From the NCBI GenBank assembly GCA_951406725.2, contig OX597839.1, positions 9,858,001 through 9,922,000 on the forward strand: a stretch of DNA of 64,000 nt, given 5' to 3'. Source of the DNA: Octopus vulgaris. Taxonomy: Eukaryota. The notes beneath the pieces are model-generated. The model was given only the letters and a program-made list of their open reading frames with translations. It ran no database searches and had not been told where the DNA came from. Numbering within the stretch: position 1 is the stretch's first letter; every line of letters begins with the position of its first letter. The position numbers and the translations under genes are program-made. Positions 38,376 to 52,445 of this stretch are shown one piece after another.

Positions 38376-40140
38376 CAGTCCCATGGATATTTGAAATTCT
38401 CATTTAATGTATAACACAAAATCAACTAGAGTGAGGGCCCAGTCCTATGAATATTTGAAATTCTCATTTAATGTATAACACAAAATCAACTAGAGTGAGG
38501 GCCCAGTCCTATGAATATTTGAAATTCTCATTTAATGTATAACACAAAATCAACTAGAGTGAGGGCCCAGTCCTATGAATATTTGAAATTCTCATTTAAT
38601 GTATAACACAAAATCAACTAGAGTGAGGGCCCAGTCCTATGAATATTTGAAATTCTCATTTAATGTATAACACAAAATCAACTAGAGTGAGGGCCCAGTC
38701 CTATGAATATTTGAAATTCTCATTTAATGTATAACACAAAATCAACTAGAGTGAGGGCCCAGTCCCATGGATATTTGAAATTCTCATTTAATGTATAACA
38801 CAAAATCAACTAGAGTGAGGGCCTAGTCCTATGAATATTTGAAATTCTCATTTAATGTATAACACAAAATCAACTAGAGTGAGGGAGTCCTATGAATATT
38901 TGAAATTCTCATTTAATGTATAACACAAAATCAACTAGAGTGAGGGCCCAGTCCTATGAATATTTGAAATTCTCATTTAATGTATAACACAAAATCAACT
39001 AGAGTGAGGGCCCAGTCCCATGGATATTTGAAATTCTCATTTAATGTATAACACAAAATCAACTAGAGTGAGGGCCCAGTCCCATGAATATTTGAAATTC
39101 TCATTTAATGTATAACACAAAATCAACTAGAGTGAGGGCCCAGTCCTATGAATATTTGAAATTCTCATTTAATGTATAACACAAAATCAACTAGAGTGAG
39201 GGCCCAGTCCTATGAATATTTGAAATTCTCATTTAATGTATAACACAAAATCAACTAGAGTGAGGGCCCAGTCCTATGAATATTTGAAATTCTCATTTAA
39301 TGTATAACACAAAATCAACTAGAGTGAGGGCCCAGTCCCATGGATATTTGAAATTCTCATTTAATGTATAACACAAAATCAACTAGAGTGAGGGCCTAGT
39401 CCTATGAATATTTGAAATTCTCATTTAATGTATAACACAAAATCAACTAGAGTGAGGGCCCAGTCCTATGAATATTTGAAATTCTCATTTAATGTATAAC
39501 ACAAAATCAACTAGAGTGAGGGCCCAGTCCTATGAATATTTGAAATTCTCATTTAATGTATAACACAAAATCAACTAGAGTGAGGGCCCAGTCCAATGGA
39601 TATTTGAAATTCTCATTTAATGTATAACACAAAATCAACTAGAGTGAGGGCCCAGTCCCATGGATATTTGAAATTCTCATTTAATGTATAACACAAAATC
39701 AACTAGAGTGAGGGCCCAGTCCTATGAATATTTGAAATTCTCATTTAATGTATAACACAAAATCAACTAGAGTGAGGGCCCAGTCCTATGAATATTTGAA
39801 ATTCTCATTTAATGTATAACACAAAATCAACTAGAGTGAGGGCCCAGTCCTATGAATATTTGAAATTCTCATTTAATGTATAACACAAAATCAACTAGAG
39901 TGAGGGCCCAGTCCTATGAATATTTGAAATTCTCATTTAATGTATAACACAAAATCAACTAGAGTGAGGGCCCAGTCCCATGGATATTTGAAATTCTCAT
40001 TTAATGTATAACACAAAATCAACTAGAGTGAGGGCCCAGTCCCATGGATATTTGAAATTCTCATTTAATGTATAACACAAAATCAACTAGAGTGAGGGCC
40101 TAGTCCTATGGATATTTGAAATTCTTATCTAAAGTATAAT
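38376..40140. repeat. 64-bp minisatellite, 27 near-identical units, in a STN1 intron
   Basis: Unit CATTTAATGTATAACACAAAATCAACTAGAGTGAGGGCCCAGTCCTATGAATATTTGAAATTCT with period 64 (one unit has a 3-bp deletion). Degenerate units extend to about 38295 and 40380. Confidence 0.97.
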
Positions 40141-40447
40141 ACATCAGTGTCTTGAGTGAGAGCCCTATGACATGGAGACTTGTGGTTCTCGTCCAGTGTA
40201 CAATACAATAGTGACTAGAATGAGTGCCCAGTCCCATGAAATACTTGGAATTCTCATCTAGAGTATAATACTATCTTGACTGCAGTGTTAGCCTAGTTAT
40301 AAGCATAATATTAATTTTCATCTACTGCATAATTCAAAATCAATAAGAGTAAAGGCCCTGTCCTATAGATACTTGCGGTTCATGAAAGAAATAGATTTCA
40401 TATTGGTTGACTTTGTGAATTAATTTTGATATTTTTGCCTCTTGCAG

Positions 40448-40523
40448 TCATTATTGAACCCCAAAGCTGATCTGAAATTATTAATTATGGATATTATCAA
40501 GAAAGAAGTATATAATGGCAATG
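40448..40523 (+). CDS. STN1: STN1 coding exon 8
   Basis: CTTGCAG| SLLNPKADLKLLIMDIIKKEVYNGN |GTAAGT; compare human DKDLHRKIHRIIQQD. Confidence 0.85.
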
Positions 40524-41253
40524 GTAAGTTGTTTTTTTTTTTGTTGGGGTGAGTGGTGGAATCATTAGAGTATCTGCTGTTTGGCCATTTGGTATTTGTT
40601 CTGAGTTCAAATCATGCCAAGTTCAACTTTGTCTTTCATTGTTCCAGTGTCATAAGGAAATCACTGTGACTGACCAGGCTATCAGATGTTGCTACACATC
40701 GCTGGTCACAATGTGCTTCACATTATTTTAGCCTTCAAATGATGCCACCCTGTTCGCTAAGCGAGCAGGCCAACAGAAGAAAGAGTGAGAGAAAGTTGTG
40801 GCGAAAGAGTACAGCAGGGATCGCCACCACCCCCTGCCAGAACCTCGTGGAGCTTCAGGTGTTTTCGCTCAATAAACACTCACAATGCCCAGTCTGGGAA
40901 TCGAAACCGCGAGTCCGCTGCCCTAACCACTGGTCCATTGTGCCTCCACCATTGCACCATAAGGAAATACTAGTCATTAAATCAACAGTTTCCTTGCCTA
41001 AATTTGAGCCCTTATGACTTTGTAAGAAATTATTAATTTGTTTTTAATCTACATGTTTGATACAATCGCTTGCTGGGTCAGAGCCAACACCCTCAGGCAA
41101 GTGAAGGGAACACATACGCTATTGAAACCGGGCCCATGAGCCTGGCTAGGCTTTAAAAGGGTGCAATAAGAAGAAGATGTAGTTAGTAATTGAAAGCACC
41201 ATATTCTCTTGTGAATTATCTCCTTACCTTTAATTTTTTTTTTTTTCCTATAG

Positions 41254-41408
41254 AGTATGGGTGTTCATTGATGACTCTGAGAAGTTCCCTGGAGAAGACA
41301 AGTCAGTATACTGACATATCAGATGTCGCTGTTAATTGGTGTCTTGACCAACTGGAAACCAGTAGCAACATAATTAAAATCACAGACACTTGTTTTATGC
41401 CCTCTTAA
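41254..41408 (+). CDS. STN1: STN1 last coding exon
   Basis: Poly-T tract then TAG| EYGCSLMTL..ISDVAVNWCLDQLETSSNII..FMPS* (human KGCHF..LSEAVLQQVLELLEDQSDIV). The nine exons sum to 1035 nt, or 344 aa plus stop. Confidence 0.9.
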
Positions 41409-41453
41409 CATTTTCATAGAATTATAAGTCATTAAAGTTATTATGTATGTTTT

Positions 41454-41459
41454 AATAAA
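41454..41459 (+). terminator. Candidate STN1 polyadenylation signal
   Basis: AATAAA about 45 nt after the stop codon, followed by T-rich sequence. Confidence 0.55.
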
Positions 41460-43341
41460 AATGATCGTTTTTCTAAACTGTTTGCCTCATTTATAAATGA
41501 AAGTTCAGGCATGGCTGTGTGGTTAAGCAAATTATTTTACAACCATGTAGTTTTGGGTTCCATCTCACTGCATGGCACCTTAGGCAAGTGTTTTCTGTCT
41601 ATAGCTTCAGGCTGACCAGAAGCTCATTGTGTGTGGTTCACACAAGTAAGTACATAAATACAAAACAAGGTGGAAAAAATAGAACTTTCTCTTTTTACTC
41701 TCTTTTACTTGTTTCAGTCATTTGACTGTGGCCATGCTGGAGCACCGCCTTTAGTCGAGCAAATTGACCCCATGACTTACTCTTTGTAAGCCTAGTACTT
41801 ATTCTATCGGTCTCTTTTGCTGAACCACTAAGTTATGGGGACGTAAACACACCAGCATCTGTTGTCAAGCGATGTTGGGGGTACAAACACAGACACACAA
41901 ACATATACACACGCATACATACATATATATATATATACACATATACACGACAGGCTTCTTTCAGTTTCCGTCTACCAAATCCACTCACAAGGCTTTGATC
42001 AGTACAGCGACAGACAAACCAGAAATTAGCATATGCTAGTGTGTGTGGGAGATTAGTGCACAAGGTGCCTCAATTTAAGTGACTAATTCAACTGAATCTA
42101 AATTACATTTTATATATGTAGATATATATATACACACACACACACACACATACACAAATAAGTACATAAATGCAAAACAAGTTGAAAAAGAAAGTATAAT
42201 ATAGAAAAAAGCTTGAGTTAAGAAAGGAGTCGTGTGTCCAGAAGAGATTAATTAATGGTGAATAAATAATTAATAGAGACATAAGTTTGTTTTATAAATT
42301 TATAACCCATGGATTGAATGAGTTCCTAGGTTAAAAGATCCAATAATGGGTTTATGTAATGTATACACACATATACAAACATGAATTTATATATATATGC
42401 ATGCAAAATACATGCGTACATATACACATAAACACACATAGATATGCATATTTAAATACAGACACATACCTACACGCATGTTAGGCATACATATACCTTC
42501 ATGTATATGTACAAATACACTCAAGTGAGCAGATACACATACATACATATGTATACTCACATATACACGTTTCTACATATATACATATATAATACTTTAT
42601 AATTAGGGTTCAGCTAAGATTTGCTTTACCACATACCGAAGTTTAGAAATAGCAGTCAAAAAACCTTAGCTATTCCTTCCACTTTAAAAAGGGCTCCCAG
42701 AAAAACCAAAATACTTGAAAACAATCTGCGCAGATTGTTTTATAAATTATAAAGTATTACTTGCTTACCGTGAAATGGTCTTTTTCATGCTGAATTCTAC
42801 TTGGTGAAATTATTGATTACTTCTTAATTAATTAATTTTACCCTTTGTTATTATATACATATATATATATATAAATGCATATGTACATGCCCACCAACAC
42901 ATGTACATACTTATGTGTCCATATGTACACACAGATAGACACAACTATGAGTATATATACGCATATGCGGTCACAAGAGAAAAAGGAGAAAGAAAAAATA
43001 CAATAATTAATAATCTTGTAGCCATTTGACAGTATCATAACATTGTTAGTGGGGGTGGCTATAGAAAAGGAAAAGAGAAAAAAGAAAGAAAGAAAACTAA
43101 ACATGCATATACATATGTACACACAACTATGTGTACATATACATGCACATATACGCGCGCCCATGTGTATATAATGTGTATGGATAGAAGAGGACTGGTA
43201 CATGTATGTAGTCACACGTTCATATACACACATGGATATATGCACTCACATACACACATGCAAATACTAGTACACGTTCATATATACTTGCACACAAATT
43301 CACACGTAGTCACACACATGTTCCTACAAACATAAATACCC

Positions 43342-43369
<28 letters not shown>

Positions 43370-43372
<3 letters not shown>

Positions 43373-43808
43373 CAAGATAAGAAAATGGAGAAATACATGT
43401 AAATCAAATATCAATTACCAGATAATACTCAATCACATACTTTATTAAACCACCACATAAGAGACTGTAGGGTTAAATATAAAAAGCAGAACAAATCAGT
43501 GTACATAAAGGAATGTACATAAAAAAGTGTACATAAAAGAGTAATGTTGTATAATAATTAGAAATTTATACTTATATTTATATTTACTTGTATTTATATT
43601 CTTTTTTATATATATTCTAATTATTATACAACATTACTCTTTTATGTACACTTTTTTATGTACATTCCTTTATGTACACTGATTTGTTCTGCTTTTTATA
43701 TTTAACCCTACAGTCTCTTATGTGGTGGTCTAATAAAGTATGTGATTGAGTATTATCTGGTAATTGATATTTAATTTAGATGTATTTCTCCATTTTCTTA
43801 TCTTGTAT
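43370..43808. repeat. Inverted repeat, ~194-bp arms and ~50-bp AT loop
   Basis: 43370-43563 is the reverse complement of 43615-43808 with few mismatches. Confidence 0.9.
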
Positions 43809-44202
43809 TAGTAATTTGTGGTAAATCATTTTACCTTTGCCCATATAATACAGTAAAAGAATTGATTGCATCGCAATCATTAACATTTATGTATTAACTT
43901 TGTTGGGTACTTCACTAGCAGTATATTGGATATATGTTATCCCATAGAGGGTTGCATTTACAACCCTTATCTCAATTTATATATATATATATATTTACTC
44001 TTTTACTTATTTCAGTCATGTGACTGTGGCCATGTTGGAGCACCGCCTTTAGTCGACCAAATCGATCCTAAGACTTATTCTTTGGAAGCCTAGTACTTAT
44101 TCTATCGGTATCTTTTGCCGAACCGCTAAGTTACAGGGACATAAACACATCAGCATCGGTTGTCAAGCGATGTTGGGAGGACAAACACTGACACACAAAC
44201 AT

Positions 44203-44233
<31 letters not shown>

Positions 44234-46203
44234 CATAAATACGACGGGTTTCTTTCAGTTTCCGTCTCCCAAATCCACTCACAAGGCTTTGATTGGCCTA
44301 AGGCTATAGTAGAAGACACTTGCCGAAGGTGCCATGCAGTGGGACTGAATTTGGAACCATGTGGTTCGTAAGCAAGCTACTTACCACACAGCCACTCCTA
44401 CCCCTATGTATACATATTCTTGTATACTTATTCTACCAACACTAGATTTACACAAAACATAGTTTACCCAGAAGCATTGTTGGCTTCACTTAACTTATGT
44501 TGAAGTGTGCAGTCTGCCCAAACATTACAGAGATGGTGCTTTTCACAATGAAACAGCTTTCTTTTCATACACTTTACTTTCTTTACTACCCACAAGGGGC
44601 TACACACAGAGGGGACAAACAAGGACAGACAAACGAATTAAATCGATTATATTGACCCCAGTGCGTAACTGGTACTTATTTAATCAACCCCGAAAGGATG
44701 AAAGGCAAAGTCGACCTTGGCAAAATTTGAACTCAGAACGTAGCGACAGACGAAATACCTATTTCTTTACTACCCACAAGGGGCTAAACACAGAGGGGAC
44801 AGACAAATGGATTAAGTCAATTATATCGACCCCAGTGCGTAACTGGTACTTAATTTATCGACCCCGAAAGGATGAAAGGCAGAATTTGAACTCAGAATGT
44901 AGTGGCAGACAAAGTACCGCTAAGCACTTCGCCCGGCATGCTAACATTTCTGCCAGCTCGCTGCCTTCTTTCTATACCTTACTTTCTGCAATACAGATAC
45001 CTCTGCATCCTCATACGTCATCCAGTTCTTTACATCCATAAGTTTAGGTCATTTTGGGGGCAATGTTAGGATTTCATTCTTATCTAAGCTGCCATTATAC
45101 ATGTTTTTGGTGTCAACAATTTCAGCTTTGTTCATCACAAAATGACTGAAAATCATGTGTATAAAGAAGTGTTGTTTCCTTCACCCTCCTCATCTGCCAA
45201 TTCTGCCCATGAGAAAGAAACAAATAATACAATGTGGCTGTAGGTCATAACATTGCTAGTATCTTATATTTCTAGTTGCTAATATTCAATAAAGATGTCA
45301 AATTCTCAGGACTAGGACTTCTTAAACTGGCCTCAATACTTGACTGGTACTTTATTTTTCTCACCCAAGAATGATGCAATGTAAACTTACTTGGACAGGA
45401 TCTGAACTCAGAAAATAAAAGGCTGTAATTAATTATGCCCCACTCTAATGATCCAGCCAAACAACTACATTTTCTAACATAGAATATTAATAAAGCCTAA
45501 TGCTAAAAGTAATAACAGATTGTAAACTTAACCTTTGTTATTTAGATTTAAAAATAAATTTCAACTATATTACATTATAATTGTAAAAAGAAACTTTTCT
45601 AAAAAGTATATTATGGGAAAATATGATTGAAAAAAAGCACTTTTAAAAAAACTTTTTATAGTTTTATTTGCATTATTTTTATCTTGTCTTTTACATTTTT
45701 TTTTTCACGAAATGCATTTTTCAGACAAACACATTAAAAATAAATGAATTATATGCTAATTAAAATGTTAGAAAATAACTGGAAAATATATATTTAAGAA
45801 ATACAAAATAGTAGAAAACATGGCTGGAATTGTTTCGAAATTGGTAGCAGGGAATTTATACATACATAGTCACACACACACATATACAGCCACATAAATA
45901 GTCATATACATAAAATTACACACACACTGATGTACTTACAAGTGCATTTACACACACATGCAATCAACCACAGAAATTCAAACACAAATTCACAAGATAT
46001 TCACACACATTCACAAAATTCAAAGTATAACCACACACATATGCATACAAGAACTCTCATATGTTACCTATATCCACACACACAAATGTACACACTATTC
46101 TGCACACATACTTACAAATATATAACTATACATCATTACTTACATCCACATACACATTCATTTTTATACACACATACATACTCCTTTATAGTCACATCCA
46201 GAT

Positions 46204-46273
<70 letters not shown>

Positions 46274-46486
46274 TCCCATGCACAAATTCACATTTACGCA
46301 GATGCTCATACATTCACATCCACACACATATTCACACACACATTCATACCTACTTTTACACCACATCTACACATACATTAGCACTCATACATACATTCAT
46401 ACTCCTATCTAAGTGCACATACATTAATATCCACATCAATACACACTCAGCTTCACTCATACATGCACACACACACACACACACAT

Positions 46487-46662
46487 TTACAAACAAATCA
46501 TGAAGTCAAGATCTTCAATCTGATTCTGTAAGACTTTCAGTTCTGCAAAATGGCTTTCTCTGTTGCCATTTGTTTCAGTGTTGTTGTTGTCATTGTTGTG
46601 TAGGCTGAAAACAGATTCTATGGAACCAGCATCACCGATATCAGGAACATTCAGGTTTCCTT
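46487..46662 (-). CDS. Unknown gene, terminal coding exon
   Basis: Pyrimidine-rich acceptor ..CCTGTTAG| then EGNLNVPDIGDAGSIESVFSL..ELKVLQNQIEDLDFMICL*. Phase 1 matches the upstream exon. Confidence 0.65.
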
Positions 46663-46959
46663 CTAACAGGATCAGTAGATATAGATGATTAGATATGGAG
46701 AAAGATAGAGAGAGAGAGACAACATAAACAAGGAGAAATACAGAGAGAGAGATATCTTCATCATCGTTTTAACCACTACTTTTCCATGTTTGCATGATTC
46801 AGATGAAATTCAGTGGGACAGAATTTCTGAGGCAGGATGCTATTCCTGTTACCAACCCTCACACAGGTAGTGTGATAATTTATATCAATTATAAATGCAG
46901 ATACTTGGGAAAAATATTGGTAAACAGAGATTAAGTAAAACAGTGTAAATAGTGTGTGG

Positions 46960-47500
46960 TATAATAGACGATAAATTACATTTCATGGGCAAAACATGTA
47001 TCAACATCACATTTTGAGGAGAGACATGCAAAGCAAAATAATTTTTTGTGGATAATACAGTCAATCTGTTTGGCACAGATTGGTTAGAACTATTTTATTT
47101 ATGGCAACTCCCCATAAATCTTTACTGCAGTAACATAAATGGTTGTCCTGTTAAAAACAAGTCTTCGGAAGAACTGAAGAAAAAGATTGAAAAAAATGTC
47201 CCCACAAGTGTTATCAAAGGATTTAGGTCTATGTAGAAAGATGGAAGCCCATTTCCAAGTAGGTGAAAACGCTGTGCCTGTACTTAGAGCAAACAGAAAA
47301 GTGCCATTCGCAGCAATTGAAACCGTAAATGGTTGGACAGACTTGAAAAGGGTAGAGTCATCAAAAAGGTGGATTACTCAAGGTGGGCAGCTCCCACAGT
47401 ATGTATTAAAAAAAAAAAAGATTAGACTGTGTGCCAATTTCTCTACAGGATTGAATGACTGCTTAAAAACATACTGCAGAAGACATTTTTTTCAATTTGC
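46960..47500 (+). mobile_element. Gypsy-like LTR retrotransposon pol relic (protease/RT junction)
   Basis: NLFGTDWLELF, PVLRANRKVPFAAIE, WAAPTV and KIRLCANFSTGLNDCL across frameshifts. Confidence 0.75.
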
Positions 47501-48235
47501 AAGAGAAATGAGCAGCAGTACAGCTACAGAATGAAGGCAGCACTGGCTAAGAAAGAGTTACTTGAGCCAGAAACATTAACACTTATTTGTACTGTGTAGG
47601 AACAGTATTCTGCATTTAGGACATATACTAAATGCAGAATTGACAATACAATTGAAAGTGACACTTGCAAGGTGTGTGGTGATAAAGGTGAGATTGTAAG
47701 GTATATTGTGAATGAGTACACAAAGCTGGCCCCAAAAGAAGACATGATAATGTTGCAAAAGTGATTCTTTGTGAGCTATGTGGCAAGTATAGATTGAAAA
47801 AGGCAAAGGTGTGTTACAGGAAACTCTCAGGAGTAATTAAGAACGACAAGGTAAAGATACTGTAGGCTGTAGTGTCTAAAATGATCATGAGATTCAACAT
47901 GGAAAGTTGGATATAGAGGTTGTGAATAAAGAGGGGGGGCGTGTTTAAGCATAAATATTGCATGCCCTGCTGATGCCGGTGAATTAGAAAAAGAAGAAAA
48001 TCAGGTCAGACATGATGTGATAGGGAAATATAAAGACTGTGGTCATTGAAAGTGGATGTTATACTGAAAGTACCAAGATTACAAACTTGCTTGAAAAGAG
48101 AAGGGTAAATGTGCATGAATCCTCCATGGAGTCCTTGAAATCTGAATGAAGAGAGTAACCTAAGTCCACTGGTTATGGACAGCTGACCCTTTATTACATT
48201 TTCCACTGAAGTTGCAGTAAGTACCAAGATTACAA

Positions 48236-48696
48236 GTAGAGACTTCAAACTTGAAATCTTCAAAGCCACAGTTGAACCAATTCTACTATATGGCTCAGAA
48301 ACCTGGACGTTATCAAAGAAGCTTGAGAGGCATTTGGATGGAACCTACACTCGCCTCCTTATGAGAGCTCAAAATCTCTTGTGAAAGCGCCATCCAACCA
48401 AAATGCAAATATATGGGAAACTACCACCTGTGTCATCTCTTGTGAAAGGTAGGAGAGTCCAGTTTGCTGGACATTGTTGTAGAACTGAAAAAGAGGTAAC
48501 TTCTACTCTCCTCCCTGGAAGCCATCTACTCGCAATGCCAGAGGGCGCACACTCTCCTACCCTGATGTAATCTCCAGAGATACAGGCATTCAGGCATCCA
48601 GCAACAGAACCTCCGTAATGCCATGACGGACCGTGAAGTCTGGTGTAGCATGGTAAATTCCATTGTCTCGACCACGGTCGAACAATGATGATGATG
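48236..48696 (+). mobile_element. RTE-like LINE 3' fragment
   Basis: FKATVEPILLYGSETWTLSKK..LDGTYTRLL..RVQFAGHC, a (GAT)n tail and TSD AAGATTACAA. It sits in the second copy of a ~150-bp tandem duplication. Confidence 0.8.
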
Positions 48697-50268
48697 AAGA
48701 TTACAAACTTGCTTGAAAAAAAAAGGGAAAATGTGCATGAATCCTCCACAGAGTTCTTGAAATCTGAATGAAGAGTGTAACCTAAGTCCACTGGTTATGG
48801 ACAGCTGACAACTTTATTACATTTTCCACTGAAGTGCTGTATAATGATGATTGATGATGATTGATGGTTTACATAATGATGATTGATGATTTACAATAAA
48901 AGACTGAATCAATGATTTGAATACAAGTAAAATCTCTCTCACCTTCTGTATAAGTTGTAAAATTCTCTATAGATGTTATGTCCCCTAAAAGGATCTGGTA
49001 GTCAGTGTCAGGAGTGCGGTAAGAGCTGGGATCAATGTAGTCTCTTAAATTTGCTCTTACTTTGTTTTCAGTTTCTTGAAATATTTCTGAAAGATATGTT
49101 TTTTTTACTTGATGTTATTTAAATTTAACACTGGACAAACATTCATTTCTACCAAATACAGATGGGACTGTTGACATCTCCCCCTTGTGAAGCCAACTTC
49201 ACACAGGAATTTGAACTCAAAGCATAAAGTAGTGGAGCTAAATGCCTTGGAATCTACCCTGAAATCCAATTCACTCATCTCCCTTTCTCTTGTACAGTAT
49301 GTGTGCCCTACCCTGGGGCCCACACTAATTATAATAGATCGTTACCACCATCGCCTTACTGGCACCTGTACATTGTTACCACCATCGCCTTACTGGCACC
49401 TGTGCCGGTGGCATATGTAAAAAGATTCGAGCGAGGTTGTTGCCTGTACTGCCTGACTGGCCCCTACACTCTCAGAGTGGTTGGCGTTAGGAAGGGCATC
49501 CAGCTGTAGAAACTCTGCCTAATCAAGATTGGAGCCTGGTGCAGCCATCTGGTTCGCCAGCCCTCAGTCAAATCGTCCAACCCATGCTAGCATGGGAAGC
49601 GGACGTTAAACGATGATGATGATGATGTTATCATTTTAATCAAAGTCATTGTCATGGTCATCACCGCCAATAAGTACCTGCAGCAGCAATGACACCATCA
49701 TCAATGTTACTATCACATCCTCATCATCATCATTTTATATTTTTTCCATACTGATAGGCATAGGAGTGGCTGTGTGGTAAGTAGCTTGTTTACTAACCAC
49801 ATGGTTCCAAGTTCAGTTCCACTGCGTGGCACCTTGGGCAAGTGTCTTCTACTATAGTCTCGGGCCGACCAAAGCCTTGTGAGTGGATTTGGTAGACGGA
49901 AACCGAAAGAAGCCCGTCGTATATATGTATATATATGTATATGTGTGTGTATATGTTTGTGTGTCTGTGTTTGTCTCCCACAATATCACTTGACAACCGA
50001 TGCTGGTGTGCTTACGTCACCGTAACTTAGCGGTTCGGCAAAAGAGACCGATAGAATAAGTACTGGGCTTACAAAGAATAAGTCCTGGGGTCGATTTGCT
50101 CGACTAAAGGCGGTGCTCCAGCATGGCCACAGTCAAATGACTGAAACAAGTAAAAGAGTAAAAGAGTATACAGGGTGGATGTGTCACCCACAATGGTACT
50201 TTGTCTTCCATTCCGCTATGGCAATTCGTCTTGCAGTGTGTGAATACAAACTGCCAGTGGCAACTTAC

Positions 50269-50346
50269 CATATTCAAACTGATAAGAGATATTGTATTGA
50301 TCCACCAACTTGAAGTGTTCCAATATGGCTGGAGTATCTGAAATAA
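50269..50346 (-). CDS. Unknown gene, internal exon
   Basis: TTTTCTGTTACAG| ISDTPAILEHFKLVDQYNISYQFEY |GTAAGT; phase 1-1. Confidence 0.65.
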
Positions 50347-51300
50347 CTGTAACAGAAAACAATAACAAGATTATGTTTAAAGAATAATGATATAATCACA
50401 TCTGTAATGTGGAAGGGATCAAATAAATCATGGCAAATTAACTTGGAAGCACCTCCACATATCTTTGGCTAAACAGATTACTCCAAAAGAATGTATTCCA
50501 GATAGTTCAACTGATCAGTACAGCAAGCAGTCCATACAGAGGCAAAGAGCTATTTACTGGTCTTGTCATGGGTATCCTGTAAACCTCAGTATGCATCAAA
50601 GGTGGTGGTGGTGACCCCCTTCGGTCAGACACTGACCATGGGTTTGCACCTAGAGAGTTACCCTCTGAGGCACAAGTCTGGGCAAGGTTGTTTTATGGAA
50701 GACCAGCAGTCGCCCATGCATACCGGCCTCCCCTCTCCACATCACCAATGTTGTCCAAGGGAAAGGCAAGGGCTGATATAGCTTGGCACCTGTGACGTTG
50801 CAACTCATTTCTACAGCTGAGTGAACTGGAGCAACGTGAAATAAAGTGTCTTGCTCAAGAACACAACACGCAGCCCGGTCCGGGATTCGAGCTCACAACC
50901 TCACAATCGTAAGCTCAACGCTCTAACCACTGAGCCATGTGCCTTCACATCAAAGGTATTATGCAGTATATCATTTATTAAACAAAAACAAATGGATAAT
51001 TCAAAACATCACTACACACGCTTCAGTAGCATAGTTTATTCTCAAATATTAAGTCAATTACATAACTTATTAGATTACATTAAATAAATCCTATTGTTAT
51101 ATAACCACTCAATTTCATCAGATGATATTCTGTCAAATATTTTGGTGAAATACAACGAATCTATGAGGGGGGAGACAGTCGCCCAGCAACAAAATTTGCT
51201 AAGGGGGTGCAAACCCAGGTCCTAATTTTTTAATGAAAAATGTGGATTTTTCCAATGTTAACATTAAAACAAATGCAGGTAAAATAATAATTTTTATTAT

Positions 51301-51800
51301 TATGAGGGTCGGCTGAAATGCTCATAATCTGAGCAAGACACTCTCAATAGAATGTGACCAAATGAAGTTCATTTTCTAACATAGTTCCTCTTAATGTCCA
51401 CACACTTCCATTAATAGTTGCAGTGCTTGGGTCGCACTGGTGAAGAAGCTTTTCTGTTGATCAAAATGGTCATCAACAACAGATAAGATGTTCTCATCAT
51501 AGTGATACTGGTGCTCAGCTGAGTGTTTTTCTATGTTGGGAAACAGATGATAACCAGAAGGAACCAAATCACTAACATAGGGAGGATGATCAACCAGTTC
51601 AAAGCCAGTCACACACAGCAGCCATTGAAACCAAGGACTTGTGTGCTGAAGCATTGTCCTAATAAAACAAGACCCCATTCATCAGTTTTTCTGGGTGTTT
51701 GGTCTTGATAGCCTTTCATAACTGCCTTAGGAAGTTGGTATTGAAATTTTCCATTGATGGTGTGATCATTTTGAAGATAGCCAATAAACACAATATTTTT
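51301..51800 (-). mobile_element. mariner transposase 3' relic
   Basis: HPPYVSDLVPSGYHLFP, matching the YSPDLAPSDYHLF motif. TA-flanked TIR-like end at 51301. Confidence 0.8.
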
Positions 51801-52132
51801 TTGCATTAATGCATAGTATATACAATAATGTGAAGTATATTTTGCATATTAAAATGTTTAATTTTGGAAATGTATCAAGCAGAGCTAAAATAAGCAGTAA
51901 AAATACAAATTGCAAATATTTCAAAATGTGGGACACTACATGACAAAAACTAACAAAAAAAAAAAGGAAGAAAATAGTGGTGTTTGTGTTCCAAAGGCAC
52001 AATGAGAAGGCTCAGGAGAAGGATAGAGAGATGGGGTAGAGGGAAGGAAGTTAGAAGGAAAGAAAAGAATGAAAAGTCAAAAGATAAACTAGGGATCTGA
52101 AATGAGTACTACGCAGGAAATTATCCCCTGTG

Positions 52133-52183
<51 letters not shown>

Positions 52184-52445
52184 CTATATATATGTATATA
52201 TATCCATAAAATGGAACAAGAATGCAACAGACGATAATAAAACATCAAGACAGATAGATAATACAAAGACAGACAGGAAAAACTAGGGACAGGTCATTCG
52301 CAACCTCCTCTCATCAGTCGAGTTACCAAATTATCCCTACAGTTTTGACCAGAGACTTCAAATGTGTCTGGCCCCAAAAATCTAAGTTAAGAGCATTAAA
52401 TTTTTGGGGAGAAAACATTTAATGCTCTTAACTTGTGGGTGGCAC

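Noticed and set aside
38376-40140. CRISPR-like regular array
   Set aside because: Units are contiguous 64-bp repeats with no unique spacers, there are no cas genes, and the context is a eukaryotic intron.
44505-45041. 178-aa ORF
   Set aside because: Lies almost entirely in two tandem SINE B copies read antisense.
45930-46412. 160-aa His/Thr-rich ORF and similar YIYI/HTHT ORFs across the window
   Set aside because: Translations of (CA)n/(TA)n low-complexity tracts. This one is probably 3'UTR of the minus-strand gene.
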